NCBI GenBank assembly: GCA_964016885.1
Contig: OZ024742.1
Location: forward strand, 329,034,001 to 329,098,000
Reading direction: 5' to 3'
Source of the DNA: Eledone cirrhosa
Lineage: Eukaryota
Length of the DNA stretch: 64,000 nt
Made by a program: the position numbers and the translations under genes. The notes beneath the pieces were generated by a model. It searched no databases. It had not been told where the DNA came from and worked only from the letters and a program-made list of their open reading frames with translations. This document shows positions 47,629 to 63,211 of the stretch, one piece after another. Position 1 is the stretch's first letter; each line of letters begins with the position of its first letter.

Positions 47629-47809
47629 CAATTCACAATAACGTAGTAGTAACACATAATACAGAATTGACAGAAAACTTTTGTCAGATCTGTATCTCCT
47701 ATTATTTAGTTAAATCGTGTGTGTATATATATACATATTTATGTATGAATCAATGTATGTATACACACACATATACCCCCCTCCCACACACACATACTCA
47801 CACGCACAC

Positions 47810-47895
<86 letters not shown>

Positions 47896-49213
47896 GATAT
47901 CCATATAGGAATATGTGTAAGTTTTGTATTTTATTATTCTATGAGTTCAAATCTCGTCGGGGTTAGTTTTGCCTTTCGTCCTGGCAGGGTCGATAAAATA
48001 AACTACCAATAATACACTGGTGTCGATCTAATCGACTTCTCCAACTCCCAATATTGTTGGCCTTGTGCCTAAATCAGAAATCCTTATTTTCAAGAATATC
48101 ATTAGGCTTGAAGCCATTGTGAGGCACCTTATTAAAGGGTTATATATATATATCATATCTATCACAAACCTTAAGGCTTTTTTCATATGTGATAATTATT
48201 TTATCGATCTATTGATGTCTAACCGACTATTTACAGGACGTAAACAAACAGTAAATAGAAAGGCAAAATATTTCGTTCAACACTATACTGTTAACAATTT
48301 AAAAACATGACGTTATGTTTTAGAAATGTAAACAATATATTCCGTTACCGTATGGTGTTGAATGATATGTTTTGGTTGAGGCATTTATATCGTATTTAAT
48401 TCTGAGGAATCCTATTATTAATTATGAAACATATGTTACAGTTAGCAGTGTTTTGTTTCATTTTTTAAAGAATATATATATATATATGTGTGTATGTGTG
48501 GGGGGGGGTCTAATTAAAAGCACGAACGAAACAGCAACAGAGAACGACATAATACAATAATGGTATATTAGAGTAAATAGTATAGCAGGTTGGAAAAGAA
48601 TCTGTTTACTATACTAGACCTTCATCGGAATGTAGAGAGAAAAAAGTGGTGGCTTATGGAAAATAAAATAAAAGGAAGACATTTGAGTGAAGAGAAAAAA
48701 AGAAAACGTAGTGAAACGACGAGAGAAGAAAACATATAATTGCTAGTCAACCTTAAATAAAATAATGGCATGTCAACGTATAGGAACAATCTCATATACA
48801 GCTATATATGTATTTATAGTGTTACACATACGATGACAAAAGCACGCCCTTTTTTTCGTGTCTAAATGTGTAGACCAAATTGGAAGTTAGACCATATGTT
48901 GCCTCAATGTGATCTAGCGGAAGGAAGTTAGCAGGAAGAGGAAAAAAGAGTAAGTTTAGGAAATAGAAAATAATTAGAAGGAAGTACAAGAATAGTTAGA
49001 GTACAGAGGGCTGGCGCTCTCTTTTAGGTTAACTCGGCCGTTGTTTAGGACGCATACCTCATCAGGGAGGCGCATTACTGAACCTTAAAGTAACAACGTT
49101 TCATACGCATTTGTATAATTTATATATATATATATACACACATACATATACACATATATATATAACATATATATATATATATACACACATATATATATAT
49201 TTATATATATACA

Positions 49214-49244
<31 letters not shown>

Positions 49245-49258
49245 TTGTATATATACAA

Positions 49259-49297
<39 letters not shown>

Positions 49298-49300
49298 CAA

Positions 49301-49337
<37 letters not shown>

Positions 49338-49339
49338 CA

Positions 49340-49381
<42 letters not shown>

Positions 49382-49431
49382 CATACATACATACATACAT
49401 ACATACATACATACATACATACATACATACA

Positions 49432-49497
<66 letters not shown>

Positions 49498-49499
<2 letters not shown>

Positions 49500-49842
49500 T
49501 ATGACCAAAGATTAATATGGTTCATTGATTACTCAATGAATAGAATTTTACAACAGATTAAAAACACTCTACAATGAAGTTTTCTGGAGTTATTAATATT
49601 ATTCAGAATATTAATAAATGAAGACATTCACATAATCAAAATATATGTTTTATTATATATATATTTTGAAGGTACTGTGCTGTTTGTTATAAGTACGTCA
49701 TCTTCGGGTAAAATACATCAATTCATGTATTTTATCTGACGAGGACGTACTGAAAAAAACAGCACAGTACCTTCGAAATATATATATAATAAAACATATA
49801 TTTTGAATATGTGAATGTCTTCATTTATTAATATTCTGAATA

Positions 49843-49846
<4 letters not shown>
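49498..49846. mobile_element. Palindromic mini-element, family E
   Basis: 49596-49718 is inverted at 49725-49846; left arm longer; in (TA)n. Confidence 0.85.
49730..49794 (+). ncRNA. Type I hammerhead ribozyme, family E
   Basis: TTTTAT-CTGACGA-GGACGTACTG[loop]CAGTACCTTC-GAAATATATATAT-A-ATAAAA. Confidence 0.72.
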
Positions 49847-49914
<68 letters not shown>

Positions 49915-50729
49915 TATAGAGATAAGGAACAAGGATTCAGTGTTGCATCATAACATATTTAATAATATGTTACACATGTTTCACTATCGATCAGCTCGAG
50001 GCAAGACCTATTGTAGAGCGAACCTGACTCTGTAATCAAGAGGTCGTCAGATAAGTTTATTATATGAATTCATTTCCGATTCTGTGTGTTCAAATCTCTT
50101 ATATATATGATAATTCCCGGCGATCAAGAAACAAATCTCTCCACATCTTTGCTGTGTAGTGGTGTGGAAGAAATATACAAAGTGGTGGGGAGGGTCGTAG
50201 GTTGCTACGATCTATTACACGATTTGATATAGATGAATATAACATGTTTTAGTGTAATATGCAGGATTCACAATTTTCTTAGTTACAGTAAGAAGTGTCA
50301 ACAATTGGGTCCTTCAGGGTAAAAAACTGTAGGTTTAAATTAATTCATTTGGGAGAATCGGGTGCATAAAAGTGAGAGCAGGCACATTATTGAGGTATGG
50401 CAGAGCGCAGTATATTAAGGCGCCTGGTTTGAGTAGGTGCAGTGAAGCTTGAAACTTGTTAATATCTGTATTAAATATCAGAAACGTTGCATAATATAAA
50501 ATCTAATGCGAAATATAAACTATTTTTTCGCTAGAGTTCAACATATTTTTATCATAATTAATTTGTTGTTTAGATGTAAAAAACCCACCTACTTGAACTA
50601 TATCTACACCCACGTCTTGCTAGAAAAATAACATAAGATTAGAAGTTAAAACAAATACTGGTCATTAAATGAAACAATGTGTGTATATATATATATATAT
50701 ATATATTTTCCAACAACATGCTCAGCAAC

Positions 50730-51035
50730 ATATAGTTACAGCCCTCTACGTTCTCTGTTCAAATCCCGCCGAGGTTAGCTTTGCCATTCATCCTTACGGG
50801 CCGATAAAATAAGGTACAAGTAATGCACTGGGGTCGATTTAATCGCTATCATTTTCTCCCCAAAATTGTTGGCCTAAATTAGAAAACATTTTCCAGCATA
50901 GTACGTCCCTTTACGATCTGAGTTCAAATGCCGCCGAGGTTAACTTTGCCTTTCATCCTTACAGGTCGATAAAATAAAGTACCAGTAATGTACTGGTAAT
51001 TGCTGGCGTTGTGCCAAATGTAGAAACAATTATTA
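50730..51035 (+). mobile_element. Two tandem SINE family 1 copies
   Basis: Core occurs twice, near 50760 and 50920. Confidence 0.8.
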
Positions 51036-51075
51036 ATTCTTATTCATGTGATTAACCAACACATGCTCGAATTAT

Positions 51076-51111
<36 letters not shown>

Positions 51112-51639
51112 ATGCGTAAGTATTGCCTTTTGTGTCATCTCTATTCTTTTACACGTTTCTGTTATTTTGCAATGATCATGCTGGGTCATAGCCATCATGT
51201 GTAGACTTCAGCACTCTCGCTATAATTTTCCATAAGGACAGGCACTTGGCTATTGATCGTCCTTGGCTAGCCCTACAATATGTAGCTCTTCTCTTAGTTA
51301 TGCAAAACATTTCCCCATATAAGATAATTTCAACTCTGCTTGACAAGCTGATCGATTTACTTTTTAACATTTCTTCGTCTCCATAACCTAAGACAATTCT
51401 TAAACCTGCATATTCACTACACAGTCCACCCACTCCCGTCAAATCATGTGACAGTACATAAAACCATTCTACCATTTCCACAATTTTGGATATTTCCACA
51501 ACGGTCCTACAAGTGAAATCTGTTTAGTGATTTTTCTTTTGATAGCAGAAAATTATTATACGTTTAATTTAATTGCACAAATTTGTAGAAATGTGTGATT
51601 TTTTAACTTTCAGTAATGTGCATAGGGAGTGCGCTTTAG

Positions 51640-52250
51640 GCGGTAGCCTAGTTTGTCTTAATGATAGGGCCAGCCCTATTAATATACATGTATATATATA
51701 GGTAGGAGGAACCATTACCCATTATCTTCCCAGATCCTCCGAGACTCACCAGACGGATTCCGTTGATTTTTCCATTAATTTGTTGCAAATCGACGTTTGT
51801 GTGAATGACATAAGAAAGGATTGTATCATGAAGGACTAATATTCTGTGTAGGAACAACTGGACATGAAGGCTTATCCGGGGTATCGTGAAATGGACGCAA
51901 GATGAGTAATAATAGAAGAGTCGAGTAAGACGGCAGTGTTTGGTCCTGGTATAAGCCTGCTCCGAGGAGCAGAGACCATTGTAGTAGAGGTGGAAAATAC
52001 AAAGAGAGAAGGCAACATACTTGTGGATTAGAGGGTAGAGTGTGACACTAAGGAATATAGAACATTGCAGCAGTGTTGGGAAAAACAGAGTGAGGAGACA
52101 GAACATCTGTAAACCAGAAGCTGGTGTGTGTCTGCGTGTGATTATACCAATACATCACGCTGTTTTTCAAGGAAGGCGGCCGAGAATGTATCTAGGAGCA
52201 ACAGTATCACCGTCATATATATGGAAATAGTACTGCAAAGTGCCACCAGC
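51640..52250 (-). mobile_element. Degraded 3' end of a CR1/Jockey-group LINE
   Basis: Minus-strand VAFSLCIFHLYYNGLCSSE...TRL resembles the post-RT C-terminal region of these LINEs. Confidence 0.55.
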
Positions 52251-52264
52251 ATACACGCACATGC

Positions 52265-52309
<45 letters not shown>

Positions 52310-52370
52310 TATAATATATATAATATATATATACATATATATAATATATATATATATATACGTATATATG

Positions 52371-52434
<64 letters not shown>

Positions 52435-52538
52435 TATAATATATATACATATATATAATATATATATATATATATATACATATATATAATATATATATAT
52501 ATATATATACATATATATAATATATATATATATACGTA

Positions 52539-52610
<72 letters not shown>

Positions 52611-53151
52611 TATATATATGTATATATGTAACGCTTGCTTTTTTATTGACCATTTGCATGGCTCTCTCTGACTCTCTCACTCCTCCTCTCTCTATCTCTC
52701 TCTCTCTCTCTCTTTGTATATATGTGTGTGTATAAGTTATTAATCTTTTGTCTTAATGTACTTATGATGGTGTGTATAATTATTTAAGGGTGATGGAGTT
52801 CGTAAATAAACAGCTCTGCATATTTCTAAAATAATATTCTTACAGTAGTGAAATTGTGCTTATGTTGGCATATAAAAACGTGTTTCTGTCACTCCATGCG
52901 TATTTATGTGTATTTAGTTATATACATGTTGTTCCAAAAAATGTATACACAATTCAACAGCATTCTAATCAAATATGTATTCATTTTCGAGGACAACATT
53001 TATATGCTTATGTCTCTCTGTATATATGTTTATGTATATAGGTATATATGTTTGTATCTACATACATAGGTGCGTATGTATGTGTGTGACGGTGAGTTCT
53101 AAGACGTCAGATTCAGTACAATAATCCATCATTCAGAGAAAAAGACCCATT

Positions 53152-53258
<107 letters not shown>

Positions 53259-53941
53259 TATGTATTTCATATATTTTCCACTAGAATATTTTGGGATAGT
53301 GACTTGCTGCTGTCAGATAAAATAGCTAATTTCTCAGCCAATTCTACATATCAGAACTTCAGAAGCTGTCTCTCACTGGAGATAAACTCATTTTTAACCA
53401 TCTTCATCTTCAACATCATCATCGCCAGCTGAGATATGATCATCGTTACCCACTTCAAACGAATTAAGACACAAAAACACGTGCGCGCATATATATATAT
53501 ATATGTATGTATGTGTGTGTGTGTGTGCGTGCGTGTGTGTGTGTATTGCGCGTGTTTGTAAGTAGCTGAGTATGTCACAGACACGTGTACTCTTAACGTC
53601 ATTCTCTGTGAGTGAGACACATTAACAAAGCCTACTTCTTAAATTATGTTCAATCCACCCGAGAGGTGTTCAAATATTTCCGTGCACCAAAATTAATTTA
53701 TTAAGTTTGGTGTCACGCGCTGCTCTGGTAAATGAGACTGGCCCGATATGCCATGTAATGAGATCGAATCTGGGGCTATATGCTCGAGATACATTCTTCT
53801 TAACAATTCCACCTTGCTGTCCCAGAAAAAAAACAAAAACAGCAGCAGCAACAAGAATCATATATTTGTTAACATCAGTTTATCATTTTCTATGTTTTTG
53901 TGAAGGTCTTACTGTCTTTCATGTGTCTAATAAACTTTAAT

Positions 53942-54130
53942 AATTGTTTCTACTGTTTTGGCACATGGCCAGCAATTATCCCAGTGTAATACTGGTGCTT
54001 TATTTAATCGACCCCGTAAGGATGAAAGTCAAAGTTAACCCCGGGGGGATTTGAACTTAGACCATAAAGAGCCGTAACTCTTTGCTGCAAAGCATGGCGT
54101 CCGATCCTCTACCGATACTGCCAATGCACT
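53942..54130 (-). mobile_element. SINE family 1
   Basis: Reverse complement of core and head. Confidence 0.8.
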
Positions 54131-54644
54131 GCTCTTTAATAAACTTTAATAATATTATCTTAACATGATAGGGAGGTGAACTGGAAGATTAGTTGTGGTA
54201 TATGTACCGGCACATTGCAGGCGAGGTTCAAATTCAGTTGAGTTCAACTCTGCATTTTATACACCCAAAGTAGATAAAATAGACTACCAGTCAGCTTCTT
54301 GTTTTGATTCATTCGAATTACATTCCCTCCAATCGTAGGATTTGGGCTTAAATTAGAAACCGTTTTTACCATAACATTATCAAGTTGAGTCGAAACACTG
54401 ATGGTATTCTAACACTCAGATTTAACATTCTACCACTGCGTGAGAGAGCGTCAATGAAGTCGAAGTTTTGTATTCTTCAAGTGTTTATTGGTGGCTAATA
54501 TTTTAGCTTATGGCGTCCCCAATAGTCGTGCTGGCTTGAAGAGACAAAAGCAGAAAGAAAATTCAGTACATAGTTAATGACACACACACGCACACGAACA
54601 CGCACACACACACACACCCACACACACACAAACACATACACACA

Positions 54645-54702
<58 letters not shown>

Positions 54703-55165
54703 AGTTAACACTTTCTCTCCACTGACCTCTTCCTCGCACTTCCACTCACTCACTCTCTGTTTCTCCCCTTCTCACTTCCTCCCGTTCGCTACGAATCCGA
54801 TATTCCTTTTTTCTCACATCAAATTCACTAGCGAAAGGTCTGTTTCTTACACGCTCATGAATTCACCAAGTTTATGCTGACAGAATAACTATGTTGCTTG
54901 TTTTTCTTTCCATCTTCGGTTAGCTTACCCCTGTGTTGTTTACTTGTCTCACTCGCTTTACGCGTTTCACTTGTCCCAATAAATTATTTTAGTTATTGTC
55001 GCACCAACGTGAGGTATATGATTTTTAATGCGATGAAATACCAATGATCGTTGGCAAATCAGTGATGAGGGACTCATTTTATAATATGTAATCCATGTGC
55101 AACCGTGCAGTATTCTTCTCCCCATATTTTTCATATATATATATATATATATATATAAATATATA

Positions 55166-55259
55166 CAGGGTGTCCCCAAAAATGTATACACACTTCAACA
55201 CTATTTGGATAAACATTTACCGTTTATACATTTTTTTTTGGGGGGGGGGGGGCACCTTG
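55166..55259. mobile_element. Tc1/mariner-type MITE; relatives near 52924-53002 and 58445-58505
   Basis: TA|CAGGGTGTCCCCAAAAATGTATA ... TATACATTTTT..GGGCACCTTG|TA. Confidence 0.7.
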
Positions 55260-55267
55260 TATATATA

Positions 55268-55299
<32 letters not shown>

Positions 55300-55432
55300 A
55301 ATTGTTTCTACTTTTTGGCACAAGGCCAGCAATTATCCAGTGCATTACTGGTACTTTATTTTATCGACTCCGTAAGGATGAAAGGCAAAGTTAACCTCGG
55401 TGGGATTCGAACTCAGAATGGCAAGGGCCGTA
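55300..55432 (-). mobile_element. SINE family 1, 5'-truncated
   Basis: Reverse complement of core. Confidence 0.8.
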
Positions 55433-55576
55433 ATAATAATATAATAGTATTAAATGGAAAATATATTCCCAGAGCATCATAATTTATTTCGTTATATATA
55501 TCTCAGAGATACTAATTTATAGTATGTCCTCTTCAGACAAAATAGAACTTATCAGCAAAGTCTATAATTCATTGTT

Positions 55577-55623
<47 letters not shown>

Positions 55624-56532
55624 TTACAGCAGTGAAATAATACCAGTTACTTGAGTACCGTGCTTAGGGAAAGTGCTTTTACAAAGCTCCTGTCCGTTCT
55701 GACACTCATATAGACACATTCTAAATTTAACCGTGAGAGGAGAAAATACAATTAATCGATACAAGAAAAGTATCTGAAATTTTTGAAACCTATAGATGTG
55801 AAACATAAAGTTAACAACACCTCAGTGTGCGTATGCTGGACCACCGTCGGTCCGACCGACATGTGTTCTTGTTGTCCGAACAACAGAACACTTCGCTCGT
55901 CTCAAAGTGGCTGAGCATTCCATTGACATGTGTACTCTTAATATAGTTCTTCCGAATATTTAGCCTGATATTGTGTGACAACGCTGGCGACGTGAATTAT
56001 TTTACGTTAGTGTAAGTGGCAGAACATCCATCACGTGAAGTCTTAATGTAATTCATTGGGAGTATCAGAGTGAGACAGTGTTAAGAAAAGGCTGGTAAAT
56101 TTGTATTACACGGACAAGGCATTTCTTTACAAATGGAGCAACGAAAAATTAAATTTTACCAATTAAAATGCTTCTCTACGAGTCGGATTCAACATATAGA
56201 ACCGTGAATTGAACACCTTAACTACTAAGCCACGTGCATTTGCCAAACAAAAGTGTAAGTCTGGATGAAGAGCTTATATCTGCGAATCGAGTGTAACTAA
56301 TCTTGATACATTATTGTCCAGCCTGATATCTCATATCCTTCCTAATATTGATAAATGGCAGATTATTGAGGTAATCAGCTTTTCATGCTCACCGTATTTA
56401 TTATTGCTGTCATCATAATCAACAGCATCAGCAACATCATCATTAATATTTTCATGACCACTATGATTATCATCTTCATCGCCAAGCGAAACAACACTTA
56501 TTCTAATGTCAAAATCACAATAAATAAATTGT

Positions 56533-56594
<62 letters not shown>

Positions 56595-56869
56595 TGTAAA
56601 AATAGAGTCGGATTAAAAACATCGGCGTTTGTCCGGGCTCGTTTCCTTTCGAGTTCAAATCGAGTTTAATGTCACATGATAAACGGTAAGGAGAGAAAAT
56701 ACGAAATTAACCTCGAAGTGATTTGAACTCAAAACGCCATGAACTGGAACATACACGCAAGCCATTGTGTCCGAAACCCTACTGCTTCCACAAATTCTGG
56801 AAATATTAACGTTTAATATTTTTCAGATGAAATACCTTGGAATTTGCTTTAATGATGATAATAGTGAGA

Positions 56870-57300
56870 ATTGTTTCTACTTTAGGCACAAGGCCGGCAA
56901 TTTTTGGGGGAAGGGAAAATTGATTAAATCGACGCCAGTACATTACTGGTGCTTTATTTATCGACCACATAAGGATGAAAGGCAAAGCTAACGTCGGCTG
57001 GATTTGATCTCATAAGTAAAGGGCCATAACTGTATGTTGCAAACTATGGCGTTCGACCCTCTTCCGATACTGCCAATCTACCGCCCTTAGTAATAATAAT
57101 AATAATAATAATAATAATTGTTTCTATTTTAGGCACAAGGCCAACAATTACCCAGTGCATTACTGGTAATTTATTTTATCGACCCCGTAAGGATGAAAGG
57201 CAAAGTCAACCTCGGCAGGATTTGAACTCAGATCGTAAAGGGACGTAACTATGCTGGAAAGCATGGAGTCCGACTCTCTACCGATACTGCCAATCCACCA
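56870..57300 (-). mobile_element. Two tandem SINE family 1 copies separated by (AAT)n
   Basis: Cores near 56960 and 57180. Confidence 0.85.
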
Positions 57301-57982
57301 ATATAATAATAATAATAATGATGATGATATATATATATAATGTTAATATGTGGGTATAAAATATCCACCACCACACACAATCACGCGTATGTATATATAT
57401 ATATGTGTGTGAGTGTATAATATGTGGATGATATGTGAACGTATGTTTATCTCTATCTAATTATTCTGCCTCACCAATAAATCATTCATTATGCATTAGT
57501 GCTTATAACACTGTAAACTATATCCCACAAGTCACCCACCTGGTAATCTATCTTCCTTAATCCTAATTCAATCCTTAATCAGTTTAAATTTTCCATCATA
57601 TAACGACAATGGAAACAAAGATGGCTGCATCAAACCTTTTAGCGGGTGTACTATAGGTGTGTTGTATGGTAGATATGGCAATGAGAACATGACTTAGTTG
57701 AGAATAAATACCATTTATAAAGACTGCAATTAATACAGATTTTATCAGATCAAATTGTCTATTAATTTAAAGTGAAAGAATTTACTAATTGTTGTTATAG
57801 TGAATTGGTAGGTAGCGAAATGGAAGATCCGTAAGAAAATCGAAGTTAAATTCTCTACGTTCAAATCCGCCGAAATCAATATTATCTTTCAACATTTCAA
57901 TGTTGTAAGAGTACCAGTCCAATACTGGGTCGGTACTTGATATCTTTTTCGATCTCTCTCCTTCTAACTCCCTTCCTCCCCA

Positions 57983-58090
<108 letters not shown>

Positions 58091-58580
58091 ATCTCCAGGA
58101 TCCCATTGAGAAAATTGACAGAAGTATATGCGTGTTGGACAAAGTACCTAATAGTGTTTGTAATGGCTCTTTGTTTTCTCAGTTCAAATGCAACTGACGT
58201 CAACATTTACCCTTACTTTCACATCAGTGAAATAGCCGTGTCGATGCCGCGTCGTAAAAGACACCATTCAAAGCCAGTTCCGGCAGGAACTTCTTAGGTG
58301 GAGGACTTAATAAGCCATCCAATTTAAAACTTACACCAACTTTGTCCCGGTTGTTCATTCTGTTGTAAGCATTAAGGCTAGGCCACTGATTCGAGGATAA
58401 ATTCCTCTTTCCCGCCCCCCAGTGTTGGAAGCCTTGAAAATATACAGGGTGTCCCAAAAATGTATACGCATAGTTATTAGAATAATGTTGAAGTGTGACA
58501 CCCAATATATATATATATATATAATATTAATTCAAAATATTAACAAAATAGGTATTCTTGTGATCAAGTATATTTTATTA

Positions 58581-58637
58581 TACATATTTCAGAGGTACTC
58601 AGTTAACTTCAAAAGTACGTCCTCATCAGATAAAATA
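58581..58637 (-). ncRNA. Type I hammerhead ribozyme, family E, single arm
   Basis: TATTTTAT-CTGATGA-GGACGTACT[loop]AGTACCTCT-GAAATA TG TAT-A-ATAAAATA. Confidence 0.75.
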
Positions 58638-59995
58638 AGATGATGCATGACATACCTGACATAGTAGATGGTTAAGATTCAGTCATGGTAGTGAGTAATA
58701 TATGACAAAACTCAATATTTATATACCTTAATATTGAAAACATGAGAAAAACATATAATACGTACAATAGAGAGGGTGCGTGTGAGAAAGTTTAAAAATA
58801 CTTGGCAGCAAAATAACTGCAATTGAATTTAAATTACTGAAGAAAGAGGAAAGAAAAGAAAGGCATAGAGGAAGAAACAGATGAGGGATAATATAGTTAG
58901 TAGGAGCCTAGAAAACAAAGGAGAGTTGATTACAGAGAGAGAGATAAAGAGGAATAACTTATGTAGTGTAATAATAAAGGGAGATACTAAATTAAGACAA
59001 CATTTGGGCTTAGCTTTAGGAAAAAGGAAGAAACGCAATTCATTGAATTATTGCAATATCTAAAAATATTCACCAATCGGAATTTTAAATATAATTGGGT
59101 TTATCCATATATACAATATATATCCAAACATATCTGGTTGACCGTTAACATTTAATTTAAGTTAGTTCAGAGTAATGAATAATATTTTAGGTTATAAACG
59201 TTAATAAATATCTCTATTAATATTAAAGTATACTATCATATTTAATTTCTAAAATCAAATTTTATGAAATCAAATTTAAAGGATTTACAAACACGAGAAA
59301 GAAAACATAATGTTTTTACAAACTCACGAAGGTAAACATTACTAAATTTATTATATAATATTAAATTATTTATAATGTATTGAAAACAGTTTATATTATA
59401 TAATTTAGAAAATAATTACAGTTATAATTTTTAAAGAATTTTAAGATTAACAATTTGAATGCCTAAAGAATCAAAAAGGATCACCAGGCCTTATAATTAA
59501 ACTTTAAAAAGTCTGAATTTTAAATTACATATATGCGTTTATCACAAAAATAGACAAAGATTATATTGTCTAAAGACTTAAGATGACACCTCTCAAATAG
59601 ACATAACATAATATAATATAAATCTATTGTAAAACTCATTCTTTGATTTATTCATTGAACCTTGTTTAACCTTTAAATATATATATATATATAATGGACA
59701 CTCTCATCGATATCCGACGTATAAGTGTCCAACAAAAGTTAAATATGAGAAAGTGAACTGATGTTGAACTACCCACACACAGTTTTGTTTTAAGTGGTGA
59801 AGGCTTGTGTAGGACCAACCACATTTTTGGAACTGATAACACATATCTTCGGTGCAAATATTTGCTACGGAAAATACGACAGCCCTCAAAAAAAAAAAAA
59901 CCTCTTTGGGTGGACGTTGACTCTGCTGAGTTCCTCCTCCCTTTGTCGGGTCTTGTATTTCATATAAATATAGTTTCCATTTATTAATATCATTG

Positions 59996-60048
<53 letters not shown>

Positions 60049-60050
<2 letters not shown>

Positions 60051-60228
60051 TTTATCCCGGGTTTAATCGGGGGTAACCACAGTAAGTAATGTACTCAATG
60101 CATAGCAGAGTATGAATATATAATATCGAAATGGCTTCTACAGGACTAGAACTGTTTTATTCGGGAGAAATCATCAGGGCTTCCTTATGATTTCTCGCAA
60201 AAGAAACAGATCTAGTCCTGTAGAAGCC

Positions 60229-60234
<6 letters not shown>
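60049..60234. mobile_element. Palindromic mini-element, family B, copy 2, both ribozyme cores mutated
   Basis: Left arm GAAA changed to AAAA; right arm CTGATGA changed to CTTATGA. Confidence 0.85.
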
Positions 60235-60280
<46 letters not shown>

Positions 60281-60879
60281 TGTCTTGAAATTGATGTTAT
60301 AGATCGGTTTTGGTTGCTCTTGCTTCCCGTCAGAAGCCCACATTAAATAGTGTTGAAAATAAACCATGGCTGAAAGAACGTTTCATCGGAACGTGTAAAT
60401 TTACAATAAACTAACTGTATGAACAATATTGTCATTTAAGAGAAGTGTTGACTTGATTCAAATTGGTCAGACGTAAATTGTGGAAGCCAGTCGGATGGAT
60501 TATACGTGTAACTTAAAAGGCCAGCTTTGTCATATACTGTGTCTCACTGATTCTGTCTCAGATTTACGCTAAAATACAAATATCTGTGGAATACTTAGCT
60601 ACTTCCATTATAATGAGAAAGTTGTTCAGATGATCAAACAACTGGAATATTCATTATCAAAACCGACGGAGAATCCATTCAGTTTTTATTTGCTGTTTGT
60701 TTGCAGCAACCAACCACTTTACTTCCACGCTCGGTTTGAAAGACTACAGCTTTGATGTCGCATAACTTAGCTAATTGCGCTGCTAATTGGTTTGTGTATC
60801 AGTGTACGTATTCATATATACCAAACGTGTGTGTGTGTATGTAAAATGTATGTGAATATATATATATGTATATGAAACG

Positions 60880-60916
<37 letters not shown>

Positions 60917-61162
60917 CGGCCATGTGTTTGTATAGATATATATAAAATGTGTGTGCATCTATATATAGAGATATGGTGGATAGAGACAAAGAGAACAACG
61001 GCTAATGTCTCATAACTTAAAGGCCTGTCCAAGGAATTGGCACTAAACCAGATATAATGTTAATAACTACGAGAGAGAGAATGAGAGAGAGAGATAGGGG
61101 TGGGTGACGAATCACTGTTCAGCCAAGTCTTGAGATTATAGTGAATTGTATACACACACACA

Positions 61163-61247
<85 letters not shown>

Positions 61248-63104
61248 GTGTGTGTGTGTGTTAGTTTGTGTAAAGCTTTTTGCACGTATGTAAGTGGTAA
61301 AATATTTTCTCTTCCTAAGAAATCTTCATGAATATGCCTTTCTGCCTTGTCCATTTTAAATCTCATTAAATATGAAGTAAGTTTGGTGCTACCGTTAGAG
61401 CGATCTTGGCAGACGCCAAGTGCCCACACATCAAAGAAGTGCATTACTAACACTTAAAGGACCCAACTTTTGTACATAACATTGTTGTGTAATAATTTCC
61501 TGTGATAAATATGTAAATCGCTGAGTATATTTGCCGCGTGTTGTTGAAATATGCAAAGCGGTAGAGTGCAGTCCAAGATATCAAATGATTTGGTGTGGAT
61601 TGTGTAGTGGCCTTAATAAATAACGTAGTATGGTCATAGAAAGATGTATCAAAATATTGGTTCATCAATTTACCAAACAGTAATTTGACATGATTTCATC
61701 TACTTATAACTACTGACTTTGCCCACATACCTTCATCCATTTATTCCTTTCGCCTAAACTCAGAAGAAATGAAACAACTCCGAATAAACTGTCAGCTTGG
61801 GAAGAAGAAATGAAAGAGATTTTATTTTGTCAACCAATTTGCTAGAAATAAAGACAAATATCTGTACCGTCTTCAATAATAGTTTTTAAGTTAGAGCCAA
61901 ATCCACAAATTCGGCAGAATGGGAAATCAATAAAATCTATCTAAGTATTTCATTGGTACATTATTTTTCGAATCCCAGTATGATGAAGGGAAAAGTTCAC
62001 CTCGGCACGATTTGAACTCAGAATGTACTGAGCTGAAACCAGCATTACAGAGCATTTTGATCGACGATCTAGCGTGTCTGCCAACCCAACTTCACCTTGT
62101 CCCGTCTTAATTAAGAAAATCAACCGTCAATAATCTAGAACTATTTGAACCAGACGTGTTCTTTCATCTAGGATAACACAGTATAACACTATAGCGCACT
62201 TAGATATATTAGTTAATCTTAGGGTAACAATGGAGAACATATATGTTTTTACTAAATAACGATAACACGTGAAAACAATTAGACATGTTAATATTTAACC
62301 TATGGTAGCATTGTAGAAGAGTTGAATATGTCATAATTTAATCGAGTATAACTGTAGATATGTCATTAATAAACCTAGAATAACACTATATAACATATAG
62401 GCATATTAGTTAATCTAACTTATCAGTAAGGAACATATGTGGACGTTGGACAGCTGAGCTATTAAGCTCAGTTCACAATTATGAGCTCCTAGGTTTGATT
62501 CTATTGTGTGTCATTTTGGACAAGTGTCTTTACCATAGTTTCGAGTTAACTTAAGCCTTGTGAGTTAATTTGGAGCGGCCGAAATAGTATGGATGACTAT
62601 GGGATGGATTGTACCAATAACATAAAAGGCCAGCCTTGTCAAAAATTGTGTCTTGCATTTAGCTAAAAAAAAGCGTCCAGGACACATTTTTAGAATATCA
62701 ATTGCATACGCTATACTACAAGACAAATTGATCCATTTTAAAAATACCCAGCCATGTCACATTTTGCCACAGTGATCCGGCTTGGAAATTGTATTAACTG
62801 TACATTACCTTGTGGGATACTCAACCCTTTACGCCTCAAGTCACGAATTTGTAGTTGCGTTGATCGAACAATCGAATGCTCATTCGTTAAATCGACGGAG
62901 ACTTTAACATGTTTTGTTCAATACATCATTATACTGGCGGGGTGATTTCCTCAAATTACCTTAACACACACACATACACATACACACACACACTCTCTCG
63001 CACACACACAAACACACACACATACGCCCACACACACACACACACACAAACACCCCCCCCACACACACAGATATGTATATATGTATATATTTAATATAGA
63101 AATG

Positions 63105-63153
63105 GCTTCTACAGGTCTAGATCTGTTTCATTCGGGAGAAATCATCAGGAAGC
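63105..63153 (-). ncRNA. Type I hammerhead ribozyme, family B
   Basis: GCTTC-CTGATGA-TTTC TCCC GAAT-GAAACAG ATCTAGAC CTGT-A-GAAGC. Confidence 0.78.
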
Positions 63154-63162
63154 GCTTCCTGG

Positions 63163-63211
63163 GCTTCCTGATGATTTCTCCCGAATGAAACAGTTCAAGG
63201 CCTGTAGAAGC
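63163..63211 (+). ncRNA. Type I hammerhead ribozyme, family B (mirror copy)
   Basis: GCTTC-CTGATGA-TTTC TCCC GAAT-GAAACAG TTCAAGGC CTGT-A-GAAGC. Confidence 0.78.

Noticed and set aside
49025-49108. Minus-strand CTGATGAGG...TAAAC hammerhead-like remnant
   Set aside because: G12 is missing and stem I does not pair; too degraded to call.
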